A DNA stretch of 35,884 nt. It comes from Candidatus Altiarchaeota archaeon (GTDB lineage Archaea; Altiarchaeota; Altiarchaeia; IMC4; SCGC-AAA252-I15). The translations under genes and the position numbers were made by a program. How positions within the stretch are numbered: the stretch's first letter is position 1; each line of letters starts with the position of its first letter. The stretch spans positions 1 through 35,884 of the forward strand of contig JAZDMS010000015.1 of assembly GCA_043800705.1 (NCBI GenBank), in the 5' to 3' direction. The notes under the pieces were generated by a model. It was given only the letters and a program-made list of their open reading frames with translations. It ran no database searches and was not told where the DNA came from. This document shows positions 1 through 8,722 of the stretch, piece after piece.

Positions 1-1804
1 CGAGAAGCCGGATGGGACAGTCGTTCAGACGCAGATCAGCAAGATGGCGAACGGTATCGTCGACGATGTCGAGATAGCGGGTGTCTACGCTGAGGAAGCC
101 GACGCTGTCGCGACCGCGTCCATCATCGTCTACGACACGACCACAAACGTCCTGTTGGAAGACGGCAAGGACATGGAACTGGGTGGCGAAGTCAAGAAGT
201 ACTGGAAAGTGACCCTCGAGCACGAGGACGCAAGCGGCACAAACGTCGACATATCCGACTACAACTCCGCAACAGCTGGGGAAGATGGCGGAACGGTCCT
301 TGACAACGTGACCATCGAATACAGGCACCAGATCGAGCTTGCAGTCGGAGAATCTCTCGACTTCCCGAGCACGTACAAGGTGCAGTTCGTCGGTTACAGG
401 ACAAGCGACTTCGTCGAGAGCCCATGCTCAGGCGCAGGTGAAGGCAACATAAAGGTCGAACGCGAAGGCAAAGAGCGCGGAAGGCTGAGCTTCACAGGCG
501 ACGACGGGCAGAGGTACAACGGCGTCTACATCGACCAAGGTGGTGTCGACGGATTCTCCAGGGGCGACATGTTCGTTGCTGGCGGATTAGTCTACGAATA
601 CGACGACGCAACCGAGCCGACAAACGAGCCGAGCACGATGAGGGTTACCTTGAAGGACCTCCTGAACGGCGGCAAGCAGGAATACGACCTGGCAGCCGTA
701 ACATCAGCCAGCGCAACGCTGACGATGAAGACGTTCCCGTTCGAGGACTCAACAGGCAACACCGAAGACATAACCATAAACCCGGACGAGAACGCGAACG
801 ACAGCGACGTATTCGTAGGTGAAGGTCCAGCAGATACGTACATGTTGTTCTCTGGTGGCCAGACATGGCTAGTCTACGACCAGTCCGACCCGACCAACCC
901 GGTCACCCCAGCGAATGCGATGACCGTTTTGGAAGGCGAGAAGATCGGCATAGACCAGTACATCTTCGGCGACTCTGGGGCCTCGTTGCAGAAGTTCGAG
1001 TTGGATGACTCAGACCTGTATATGTCAGTCTTCAACGATAACGGAACACAGCAGACCGTGCCGCAGAGGAACCCAGCCAATATGGACGACCGCCTCGTAG
1101 TCTTCAAGAACGACCAGCTAGAATATCTGGTCATCGACTTCTACGACCGCGAGTTCAACGACAGCGAAGACACGTACTACAGTGAAGGCGTGTACTCGTC
1201 AGGCAACGAGCTGGACCTCGCAACACCGTGGACCAACCCGTTCAACAGCGTGACAACGGACTACTCCCACAAGTGGGACAACGAAGAGGACACAGTGGTG
1301 ATTCTGCCAGCAGGCGGAACGACTGCGACCATCGACTACGGCGGAGCCCGTGAAGTCAACGCTGTGACCATCTGCCAGCCAAGGAAAAACGTCTATGCGA
1401 CCCTGTTCGTAGGAACCTCAGAGCAGGCCACGACCATAGACACGACCATTACGAAGGCTGACGAGGGCACGGAGAAGACCGTCGGGTGCTGCACGTACCT
1501 GGTCAAGGAATTCGGCGTGACAACAAGCGGCGCCTCAGCCATGAGCGTATCCGTCAACCCGATTGTCGGAAACCTCGTAGTTGCCGAGATAGCTGCGACC
1601 ACGGCGAAGAACCTGATCGTCGTCGGCGGACCAGCCGTCAACGGACTGTCAATGGTGACGAAGGAGGAGATCCAGGCTGCAACCGGCCAGTATGTCGTCA
1701 AGAAGGACGGCAACAAGGTCTACATAGCAGGATGGACAGCCTCCGACACCATCGATGCCGGAAACGCGCTGATTGCCTGGCTACAAGCCAACGCACACAA
1801 ATAA
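1..1804 (+). CDS. S-layer protein, 5'-truncated by the window edge
   Basis: The frame is open from base 2 (EKPDGTVVQTQISK..), so ATG 44 is internal. The protein is highly acidic. Its C-terminus NLIVVGGPAVN..VYIAGWTASDT..A matches the S_layer_C domain of Methanococcales/Thermococcales-type S-layers. A strong terminator follows. Confidence 0.8.
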   Translation, partial: EKPDGTVVQTQISKMANGIVDDVEIAGVYAEEADAVATASIIVYDTTTNVLLEDGKDMELGGEVKKYWKVTLEHEDASGTNVDISDYNSATAGEDGGTVLDNVTIEYRHQIELAVGESLDFPSTYKVQFVGYRTSDFVESPCSGAGEGNIKVEREGKERGRLSFTGDDGQRYNGVYIDQGGVDGFSRGDMFVAGGLVYEYDDATEPTNEPSTMRVTLKDLLNGGKQEYDLAAVTSASATLTMKTFPFEDSTGNTEDITINPDENANDSDVFVGEGPADTYMLFSGGQTWLVYDQSDPTNPVTPANAMTVLEGEKIGIDQYIFGDSGASLQKFELDDSDLYMSVFNDNGTQQTVPQRNPANMDDRLVVFKNDQLEYLVIDFYDREFNDSEDTYYSEGVYSSGNELDLATPWTNPFNSVTTDYSHKWDNEEDTVVILPAGGTTATIDYGGAREVNAVTICQPRKNVYATLFVGTSEQATTIDTTITKADEGTEKTVGCCTYLVKEFGVTTSGASAMSVSVNPIVGNLVVAEIAATTAKNLIVVGGPAVNGLSMVTKEEIQAATGQYVVKKDGNKVYIAGWTASDTIDAGNALIAWLQANAHK

Positions 1805-1815
1805 GCCGTTGAACG

Positions 1816-1856
1816 AACCCCCGGCGTCGGGGGTTCAAAACTTTTTCTTTTTTTTT
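1816..1856 (+). terminator. Hairpin plus oligo(T) terminator of the S-layer gene
   Basis: GAACCCC..GGGGTTC stem followed by CTTTTTCTTTTTTTTT, just after the stop at 1804. Confidence 0.8.
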
Positions 1857-1905
1857 ATCAGATTCCAGTTTCCACATTTATCCGCCTAATGCCTGATGGA
1901 TAACC

Positions 1906-2766
1906 ATGCTAAACCTCATAGGCCTCGGCCTATACGATGAAAAAGACCTCACTATACGCGCTCTAGAGGCCCTGAAAGCCTCGGATAGAGTCTATTTCGA
2001 GTCTTATACGAGCTTCTTCAACGGAGACCTGAAGAAGCTGAGTGAAATGTGCGGGCAGGAAATCATCCCGCTTAAACGAGCCGACCTAGAGGAACACCCC
2101 GAAGACAACGTATTAAAACAGTCTCCAGTCTCCAGTCCTCAGTCTTCACGGCAGTTTTCAGTTCTCAGTCTACAGTCCTCCGAAGACCGTAGAACGGAGA
2201 CCGAAGACAGTCAAGACCGAAGACCGAAAACCGAAAACGTCTCGTTGCTCGTCATGGGCGACCCTCTCGCCGCCACCACCCACAGCGACCTCATCATAAG
2301 GGCTGAGAAGGCGGGCATCAAAGTCAAGATTATCCACTCCTCCTCAGTCTACTCCGCAGTCGCAGAGACCGGCCTTCAGCTTTACATGTTTGGGAAGACC
2401 GTCACCATCGCCTACCCCGAGGGGAAATACTTCCCGATGAGCCCCTACGACGGCCTCAAAGACAACAGGCAACGGGGCCTGCACACATTATGCCTCCTGG
2501 ACGTGAAAGCAGACGAGGGCAGGTATATGACGGTGAACGAAGGCATAGACCTCCTTATGAAGATGGAGTGCTCGAAGATGCAGAACCAGTTTCGGAGAGA
2601 TACTTTGTGTGTCGGGGTCGCAAGGCTCGGGGGAGACACCGTCATCAAGTATGGGCCGGCATCGAAACTGTCGGCCGAAGACTTCGGAGGACCGCCCCAC
2701 GTCCTCATAGTCCCAGGAAAGCTCCACTTCATGGAAGAGGAGATGCTCAACCGGTTCAGGGTCTGA
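1906..2766 (+). CDS. dph5: Diphthine synthase (diphthamide biosynthesis methyltransferase) with a ~35-aa insertion
   Basis: Motifs LIGLGLYDEKDLT, YFESYTS, GDPLAATTH, TGLQLYMFGKTVTI, GLHTLCLLD and DFGGPPHVLIVPGKLHFMEEE. Confidence 0.95.
   Translation: MLNLIGLGLYDEKDLTIRALEALKASDRVYFESYTSFFNGDLKKLSEMCGQEIIPLKRADLEEHPEDNVLKQSPVSSPQSSRQFSVLSLQSSEDRRTETEDSQDRRPKTENVSLLVMGDPLAATTHSDLIIRAEKAGIKVKIIHSSSVYSAVAETGLQLYMFGKTVTIAYPEGKYFPMSPYDGLKDNRQRGLHTLCLLDVKADEGRYMTVNEGIDLLMKMECSKMQNQFRRDTLCVGVARLGGDTVIKYGPASKLSAEDFGGPPHVLIVPGKLHFMEEEMLNRFRV
2119..2239. repeat. Imperfect palindrome of heptamer tandem repeats inside dph5
   Basis: Eight CAGTYYN units (2119-2179) followed by about eight GAAGACC/GAAAACC-like units (2182-2239), which are near reverse complements of the first set. 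Confidence 0.85.
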
Positions 2767-3203
2767 TGAAAATCTCAACCCCTGAGACTAGGGTGGAGTT
2801 AGAACGATACTACGACCTCCGCTGGAGGATATTAAGGCAGCCATGGAACCAGCCGAGGGGCAGCGAAAAAGACCCGCTGGAAGGCGAAAGCGTGCACGTC
2901 ATGGCATCTGAGGGTCAGATGGTCCTCGGCGTAGGTCGCGGGCAGCTGAACACCCCTGACGAGGCGCAGATCAGGTATATGGCGGTAGACGAAAGCCAGC
3001 GGGGCAGGGGCGTCGGTTCGATGATCCTCTTCGAGCTTGAAAAGAGGCTGGCCGAGAGAGGCGCCGGCCATATCGTCCTTGACGCCCGGGAGTCGGCGGT
3101 CGGATTCTACGAAAAACACGGGTATTCGATTGTCGGAGAATCACATACGCTCTTCGGGGCGATCCCGCATAAAAGGATGAGAAAGACTATACGCCTTTCC
3201 TGA
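2766..3203 (+). CDS. GNAT family N-acetyltransferase (YiiD N-terminal-domain-like)
   Basis: ATG 2766 overlaps the dph5 stop (TGATG). Motifs YYDLRWRILRQPW, AQIRYMAVDESQRGRGVGS (acetyl-CoA motif A) and LDARESAVGFYEKHGY. Confidence 0.9.
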   Translation: MKISTPETRVELERYYDLRWRILRQPWNQPRGSEKDPLEGESVHVMASEGQMVLGVGRGQLNTPDEAQIRYMAVDESQRGRGVGSMILFELEKRLAERGAGHIVLDARESAVGFYEKHGYSIVGESHTLFGAIPHKRMRKTIRLS

Positions 3204-3921
3204 CCGACGCCTCCATCCTCTTCAGGTTTTCGCGGTTGTCGAAGGCCTCGACTATCGCATTCAGCCTCTTGCTGTCGAGCTTCCCGAAGCCTTTCGCATA
3301 TGCCGTCATCTTCGGCACAGCCCTGGCGACGTTGTCGACGATGGTGATGTCGGCCGTCTTCGCGGTCCTGGACAGGGGATTCAGGTCGACTGCGACCACC
3401 TTCTTCCCCATCTTCTTGAGGTACTCGGTCCTGTCGCCGTCTTCGAGCATGACGAGGACGACGTCAGCCTCTAAGATAGCCTTGTCGGATTTCGCCCGCT
3501 CGGAGTCGAGGCCGGGGACGGTCCTGATGTTTACGCCGACTCCCCAGACCTTCCGGGCGCCGGCCTTCTTCAATACGTCCCTGATCTTCTCCTCCCTCTC
3601 CCTCGTCCTGTAGTATAAGTTGACCTCCAGCCGGGCTCCGACGGCCTTCGCTAGTTTCACGACATTATTCGGACACAATGCGGCCACGTTCCCATTTACT
3701 GAAATAACGGGCTTTTTCGCAGCCAATAGCATCGCAGAAGCCGCCCGCTCAGCCTCTTTAGCCTGCAAAGACGTCTTCTCCCCAAGCAAGTAGTCGAACG
3801 CCTCGCCGCGGCCGTGCGCGATGAGGCCTGCGGAGGCCACAAATCCCTTATCGAGGCCGTCGGTGAGCCTGTGGCGCAGGTCCAGTGAGGCCTTCCGGGG
3901 GTGGGAATCCGAAATGTGCAT
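3187..3921 (-). CDS. pps: 4-phosphopantoate--beta-alanine ligase (archaeal phosphopantothenate synthetase, COG1701)
   Basis: Motifs SHPR, GLIAHGRGEAFDYLLGE, PVISVNGN, LEDGDRTE and DLNPLSRTA. The start is at 3921 or 3930. Confidence 0.93.
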   Translation of the reverse strand: MHISDSHPRKASLDLRHRLTDGLDKGFVASAGLIAHGRGEAFDYLLGEKTSLQAKEAERAASAMLLAAKKPVISVNGNVAALCPNNVVKLAKAVGARLEVNLYYRTREREEKIRDVLKKAGARKVWGVGVNIRTVPGLDSERAKSDKAILEADVVLVMLEDGDRTEYLKKMGKKVVAVDLNPLSRTAKTADITIVDNVARAVPKMTAYAKGFGKLDSKRLNAIVEAFDNRENLKRMEASVRKGV

Positions 3922-3944
3922 CAGCAACATATACTACGGAGGGG

Positions 3945-3953
3945 TTTTTATAG
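3945..3953. promoter_or_regulatory. Putative TATA box between divergent pps and 5S rRNA genes
   Basis: TTTTTATAG lies ~25-30 bp upstream of the 5S 5' end. On the minus strand it reads TATAAAAA, upstream of pps. Confidence 0.5.
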
Positions 3954-3975
3954 CCGTCTTGCGTAGTATTTGAAC

Positions 3976-4093
3976 GGTCAACGGCCACAGCGGAGGGGTA
4001 CCACCTGCACTCTTTCCGAAAGCAGAAGTTAAGACCTCCAGCGATCAAGTCGGTACTGCATAACATGCGGGAACACTCGGACGCTGTTGACCA
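3976..4093 (+). rRNA. rrf: 5S ribosomal RNA, stand-alone copy
   Basis: About 118 nt. Terminal helix GGTCAACGGC/GCTGTTGACC. Conserved 5S segments GGCCACAGCGG, CCGAA..GAAGTTAAG, GGTACTG and GCGGGAA. Confidence 0.93.
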
Positions 4094-4334
4094 CCTCATT
4101 TTCATCTGTTTTTTATCGGCTGTCTACGGGCTGTGGTTTTTTGTCCTCTCCGGTACTCTGTCTATGGTCTGCAGTCTTCTGTCTTGCTCTATCGTTGCCT
4201 CAAGCATTAAGTTTCTTTCCGGGCGCGCTTTCTTTCTTTAGAAAGAAAGGGTGCGCGGGGGATACTCGGACGCTGTTGACCACCGTATTCATCATTTATA
4301 TCGGCTGTCCATGGCATATGGTTTTCTGTCCCCT
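4075..4334 (+). repeat. Direct duplication of the 5S 3' end and trailer
   Basis: ACTCGGACGCTGTTGACCACC (21 bp) is identical at 4075-4095 and 4264-4284. Degenerate similarity continues ~50 bp further (TATCGGCTGTC..TGGTTTT.TGTCC). Confidence 0.85.
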
Positions 4335-4404
4335 TTAATCAAGTCTTCAGTTCTCAGTCTTGATGAAATCTTCCATCCTGTAAAATGTATTACTTTTTGT
4401 CTGC

Positions 4405-5505
4405 TTATTTTTTCCAGTTCTTATTGAGTCTTGCGACCGCTTCCTGGAGGTTCGGGTGGATGAAGTAATCCCGGGCATATTCCTCCCCGGCCACATCCAC
4501 GACAAAGTCGGTGAATGGTCTTGCGTTTGTTATCTTCGCCCCGTTGTTGTCAAATGACAAGTCGACTTGGGCGTATCCCATTGGCGTCCGAGAATCGTAG
4601 GTCTCGGTCAGCTCCCCTCGGTCGTTGTCGGTGAAGAATGTTTTTTCCAGGCGAAAAGGGGCGGCTGGCCGGCGTTTGCCTAAGAAGGACAGTATCCCCC
4701 CCTGTCTGGTCAGGCCTTTGAGCTGATGCCTCAGAACCTTAAGGTTTTGTCTGACCGATGTTTCGTCCGTTTCCTCATAGCGGGGAACGTGTATCATGAT
4801 ATTCGGCGCTTCCGGGCTTGGCCCCCCCGTCCTCGACAGTTCCAGTCTTATGCTGTCCCCCGCCGGTTCACTGAAGAACAGGAAGCTGACGCGGTTGCTG
4901 GAAAAAGCGTCGTCTATTCTATAGCTGTCGCGCCCATCAACGCCGATGGTGTATGTGTTTTCGGCCCCCTGAACCGGCTTCAAGGCCCTCTCCATTACTC
5001 TATAAACTCCGTCTTGGGCCTTAAAATTTACCTGAAGCCCAAGTTCCCTGTATCCCACGGGGAAAATCTTGAGGCGTTGCTTTTTTGTTTCTATCCAGAG
5101 TTCGGTGAATCTGGTCGTCCACGAGCCGGATATCATATCCCTCGGCAAGCTGACGTCAAACGTCCCAGCCTTCCGTACCCCGGCAATCCTGAATTCCTTC
5201 ACGTTCAACGCCTCTCCCCCGGCGGTGCTGAACTTCTGGTCCTTCCCCCCCACAAGGAACAGGCGGGCTTCTCCACCCTCCAGGGAATCGCCACTTTCTT
5301 GCATCTCCCTCTGAGTCAAGGTTGTCGTCATAGGGGCGGTATCGGCCAGTAGGAGAAGGTCCGGGAGTTCCGGGTGCTCCTGACGGCTGATGGTTTCAGG
5401 CAATCTGACCCTTCCGCCATCCACCCGCAATTTATCTCCAAGGTCGAATACCCCCTGGTTGGTGACAAGTATGAACGCTTTTTCCTCGCCTTTTATCGCC
5501 TCCAT
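4405..5505 (-). CDS. Hypothetical protein (~366 aa), no family recognised
   Basis: Long ORF filling the gap between the 5S trailer and the elp3 promoter, with plausible globular composition. Confidence 0.7.
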   Translation of the reverse strand: MEAIKGEEKAFILVTNQGVFDLGDKLRVDGGRVRLPETISRQEHPELPDLLLLADTAPMTTTLTQREMQESGDSLEGGEARLFLVGGKDQKFSTAGGEALNVKEFRIAGVRKAGTFDVSLPRDMISGSWTTRFTELWIETKKQRLKIFPVGYRELGLQVNFKAQDGVYRVMERALKPVQGAENTYTIGVDGRDSYRIDDAFSSNRVSFLFFSEPAGDSIRLELSRTGGPSPEAPNIMIHVPRYEETDETSVRQNLKVLRHQLKGLTRQGGILSFLGKRRPAAPFRLEKTFFTDNDRGELTETYDSRTPMGYAQVDLSFDNNGAKITNARPFTDFVVDVAGEEYARDYFIHPNLQEAVARLNKNWKK

Positions 5506-5589
5506 CACATGGAATAATTGGAGCTTCGAGGATAAATCGCTGATCCGAAACCGCGCTTTTTATATTCCCCCCTTGGTTTATGATATCTG

Positions 5590-7245
5590 ATGGACGAACT
5601 GGGGAAAGGATACCGCCGCATAATTGATTCGATACTGGCCGGGCAAATAGCCGGCAGGGACGGCCTGGACGTTGCCAAGCGGGAGCTCTCCATCAGACTC
5701 GGCCTCGACCGGTTCATCAGGAACTCTGACATACTTAAGGCGGCTTCCCCAGACGAGCGCAAAAGGCTTCTTTCAATACTCCAAAAGAAGCCGACTCGCA
5801 CAATCAGCGGGGTGGCTGTGGTGGCTGCCATGACCTGCCCCAGCGAATGCCCGCACGGGAAGTGCAAATACTGCCCCGGAGGCCCGCAGATCGACGTCCC
5901 GCAGAGCTACACCGGGAAGGAGCCGGCCACCAGGCGGGCGATCGCCTACCAGTTCAACCCCTACCTGCAGACGACGATGCGCCTTTATCAGCTTAGGGTC
6001 ATCGGCCATCCCGTCGACAAGGCCGAGCTCATAGTCATGGGCGGGACCCTCACCGCCCAGATGTTGGACTACCAGGACTGGTTCGTGAAGGAGTGCCTGC
6101 GGGCGATGAACGAATTCGAAGCCAACTATCCGCTCATACGCGAACGCGGCGAGGGCGAGTTCCTGAAATCCTACGGGTCATCGCCGCACCCCTTCCACTA
6201 CACAGAAGACATCCAGGAGGCGAACGAATCCGCGCAGGTCAGGTGCGTCGGGATAACCTTCGAGCCGCGGCCCGACTGGGCGAGGCGCGATGAGATCGAT
6301 CACATGCTGGGATTCGGGGTGACGCGGGTGGAGATCGGCGTCCAGAATCCCGACGACGGGATCTACAAGGCGGTGGAGCGGGGGCACACGGTCGACGACG
6401 TCGTCAAGGCGACGGCGGAGCTGAAGGATTCGGGGATAAAGGTCGGCTACCACATGATGCCCGGTATCATGGGACACGATCCGGCACTTGATCTCGGAGC
6501 CTTCAGGAAGATCTTCACGGACCCGAGGTTCAAGCCAGACATGGTCAAGATATACCCGCTCCTGGTCATGGAGGGGACGGAATTCTCAGACCGGTACAGG
6601 GCCGGAAAATTCACGCCCATCACGACCGAACAGGCGGTTGACGTCATAGCCCGGGCGAAGGCCCTGATGCCGAAGTGGGTGAGGACGATGCGGATCATGC
6701 GGGACATACCAAGCAACCTCGTCGAGGCGGGCATCAAGTCCTCGAACCTGGGGCAGCTTGTGCAGAACGAACTAGAGCGTCGGCACATCAGATGCAGGTG
6801 CATCAGATGCCGGGAGGTCGGAAGATTCCTGCAGAGGGAGGTCGAGCCGGAACCCGACGAAATCAGGCTCATGAGGGAGGACTACGACGCATCCGGCGGG
6901 AAGGAGGTATTCCTCAGTTTCGAAGACGTCAAACAGGACATCCTGCTCTGCTTCACCCGACTGAGGATACCCCACGCGCCGTTCAGGCCGGAGATAACCG
7001 ACAAGACCGCCCTCATCAGGGAACTGCACGTGTACGGCCCTATGCTGGAGCTCGGGGAGAAGCCGGAGTACGAGTGGCAGCACAGGGGCTACGGCGCCGA
7101 GCTGATAAGGGAGGCGCAGCGGATAGCGGGGGAGGAGTTCGGAATGGACAGGATGTGCATCATATCCGGGATCGGTGTCAGGGATTACTACAGGCGCCTC
7201 GGATACAGGCGGGACGGCCCATATATGGTTTCTACGCTATCTTGA
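5590..7245 (+). CDS. elp3: tRNA uridine(34) acetyltransferase Elp3 (radical SAM + KAT)
   Basis: KKPTRTISGVAVVA, CPHGKCKYCPGG, QSYTGKEPA, KIYP, CRCIRCREVG, IRELHVYG, QHRGYG and ISGIGVRDYYRRLGY. TTTATAT lies ~25-30 bp upstream. Confidence 0.96.
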   Translation: MDELGKGYRRIIDSILAGQIAGRDGLDVAKRELSIRLGLDRFIRNSDILKAASPDERKRLLSILQKKPTRTISGVAVVAAMTCPSECPHGKCKYCPGGPQIDVPQSYTGKEPATRRAIAYQFNPYLQTTMRLYQLRVIGHPVDKAELIVMGGTLTAQMLDYQDWFVKECLRAMNEFEANYPLIRERGEGEFLKSYGSSPHPFHYTEDIQEANESAQVRCVGITFEPRPDWARRDEIDHMLGFGVTRVEIGVQNPDDGIYKAVERGHTVDDVVKATAELKDSGIKVGYHMMPGIMGHDPALDLGAFRKIFTDPRFKPDMVKIYPLLVMEGTEFSDRYRAGKFTPITTEQAVDVIARAKALMPKWVRTMRIMRDIPSNLVEAGIKSSNLGQLVQNELERRHIRCRCIRCREVGRFLQREVEPEPDEIRLMREDYDASGGKEVFLSFEDVKQDILLCFTRLRIPHAPFRPEITDKTALIRELHVYGPMLELGEKPEYEWQHRGYGAELIREAQRIAGEEFGMDRMCIISGIGVRDYYRRLGYRRDGPYMVSTLS

Positions 7246-8722
7246 TGGCGTAATCCAACATCATCCTCAGAAGCGGCAGCATGTTGACGATGAACAGGAC
7301 CGCCATGAATGCTATGGTCGCGTAAAGGACCCGTTTCACGTTGAGTTCAGACATCCTCATAGTGGAGATGACCTCCTTGAACATCCTTCCCCCGTCGAAG
7401 GGTATCAGCGGCATTATGTTCACGAGCGCTATATTGAGGTTGAAGAAGGCTATCCATTCGAGCATCTCGAGCATGAAGACGAGGGCGCCGATTCCGAACA
7501 ATTCGCCAAGCAGGCCTCCCAGCATGGGATTCTCCTTGAGGTAGACCCCGACGTATCCCTTCCCCTGGTCTTCGGGGTTTGCCGCGAGCTTCAGCTCGTA
7601 ACTTCCTTTCGAAGTGTCGAGGGTGATCACCTCTCCGGGAGGCATGGAGGCGGTCGCCGCCTTGAATGCCGTCAGATTCGTCGTCGGCTTGCCGTCGATG
7701 GAATATACAACCGTGTCCTGGGGCAGCACCTTCTCGGCGGGGTATCCCGGGATGAATCCCACGACCTGCATACCGTTCGAGTAGACGTAACCTGCCGAGA
7801 CGTTGACAAGTAGGACGATTAGGATGGCGGCAAGAGCCCCTGTGATTAGGTTCGCGAAGGACCCGACTGTGAAGATCCTCATCCTCTCCACGCTCGAACA
7901 GCGGTTCAGTTCCTCTTCGTCAGGCTCAGCGAAGGCGCCTACCGGGAAGGAAAATAGGCTGAGCAGCCCTGTCGACTTTAGCTTTATTTTGGCTACCCTG
8001 ATGAGGACGCCGTGGGCGCCTTCATGGACGACCAACGTTATGAACAGGGCTCCGAGGACGTACTGCCAGGGGATGAACAGGTCGTATCCCGGGAACGTGA
8101 CGCCGATGTCGCCTCCCTGGGCGGCGGGCAGCATCGGAGAAACCCCGGGGACATTGGTCTGGGATGCGAGGATGCTCAACCCATGGCTTGAGAGGACGTA
8201 TACCATTATGGCCGGAAGGCCGAACAGGCCGCACAGTGCAGAGGCAGCCGCGTTCAAGGCGGAAGGGGCGCTTGTCGCCCCGAGTATCATGGACGTCGCC
8301 AGGAAGAACAGCAAAGTCGTCATCCCCGTGTCAAGCATCGTATGCTGCAGCCTTCTCATGACATAGGACAGAAGTATTCCGAGTGCCAGGAAGGCGGCGG
8401 CGAGCTCGAATCTGCCGAGATAGGCCCCGGTTGCTGCAAAAAGGAATCCGATGAGGATGAGGCTCGTATACAGGTTCCCCCTGCTCTCCTTGTGCGCGGA
8501 CAGGTAATATCCCCCGATTCCGCCGAATGAAAGGAGAACGGAAAAATCGGCCAAGAACGTCCACATGCGGGGGTAGGACTTCGCTATCGAATCGATCAGC
8601 TTAACCCCCAGGCTGGAGCGTATCATGAACACGATGTTTCCGAATCTCTCATGCTTGGACCTCAGAAGCAGTAGCCAAGCAGCAAGAAAAAACAAACCGA
8701 CCAAAACAAGCACCGGCTCCAT
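7232..8722 (-). CDS. Site-2 protease (peptidase M50) with PDZ domain
   Basis: Multiple TM helices, HEGAH zinc motif, GAFAEPDE, GSFAN, a PDZ-like segment (PGYPA..YSIDG) and NIMPLIPFDGG. The ATG at 8722 overlaps the aMBF1 stop. Confidence 0.92.
   Translation of the reverse strand: MEPVLVLVGLFFLAAWLLLLRSKHERFGNIVFMIRSSLGVKLIDSIAKSYPRMWTFLADFSVLLSFGGIGGYYLSAHKESRGNLYTSLILIGFLFAATGAYLGRFELAAAFLALGILLSYVMRRLQHTMLDTGMTTLLFFLATSMILGATSAPSALNAAASALCGLFGLPAIMVYVLSSHGLSILASQTNVPGVSPMLPAAQGGDIGVTFPGYDLFIPWQYVLGALFITLVVHEGAHGVLIRVAKIKLKSTGLLSLFSFPVGAFAEPDEEELNRCSSVERMRIFTVGSFANLITGALAAILIVLLVNVSAGYVYSNGMQVVGFIPGYPAEKVLPQDTVVYSIDGKPTTNLTAFKAATASMPPGEVITLDTSKGSYELKLAANPEDQGKGYVGVYLKENPMLGGLLGELFGIGALVFMLEMLEWIAFFNLNIALVNIMPLIPFDGGRMFKEVISTMRMSELNVKRVLYATIAFMAVLFIVNMLPLLRMMLDYAIKIA

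Noticed and set aside
2490-2765. Upstream extension of the GNAT ORF (237-aa version)
   Set aside because: It lies within dph5. The TGATG-coupled start at 2766 gives a complete GNAT.
4087-4338. 83-aa hydrophobic ORF after the 5S gene
   Set aside because: It starts at a TTG inside the rRNA and translates T-rich repeat and hairpin sequence.
2119-4361. Short repeats as a CRISPR array
   Set aside because: The units are 7-bp tandem repeats with no unique spacers, and no cas genes are present.
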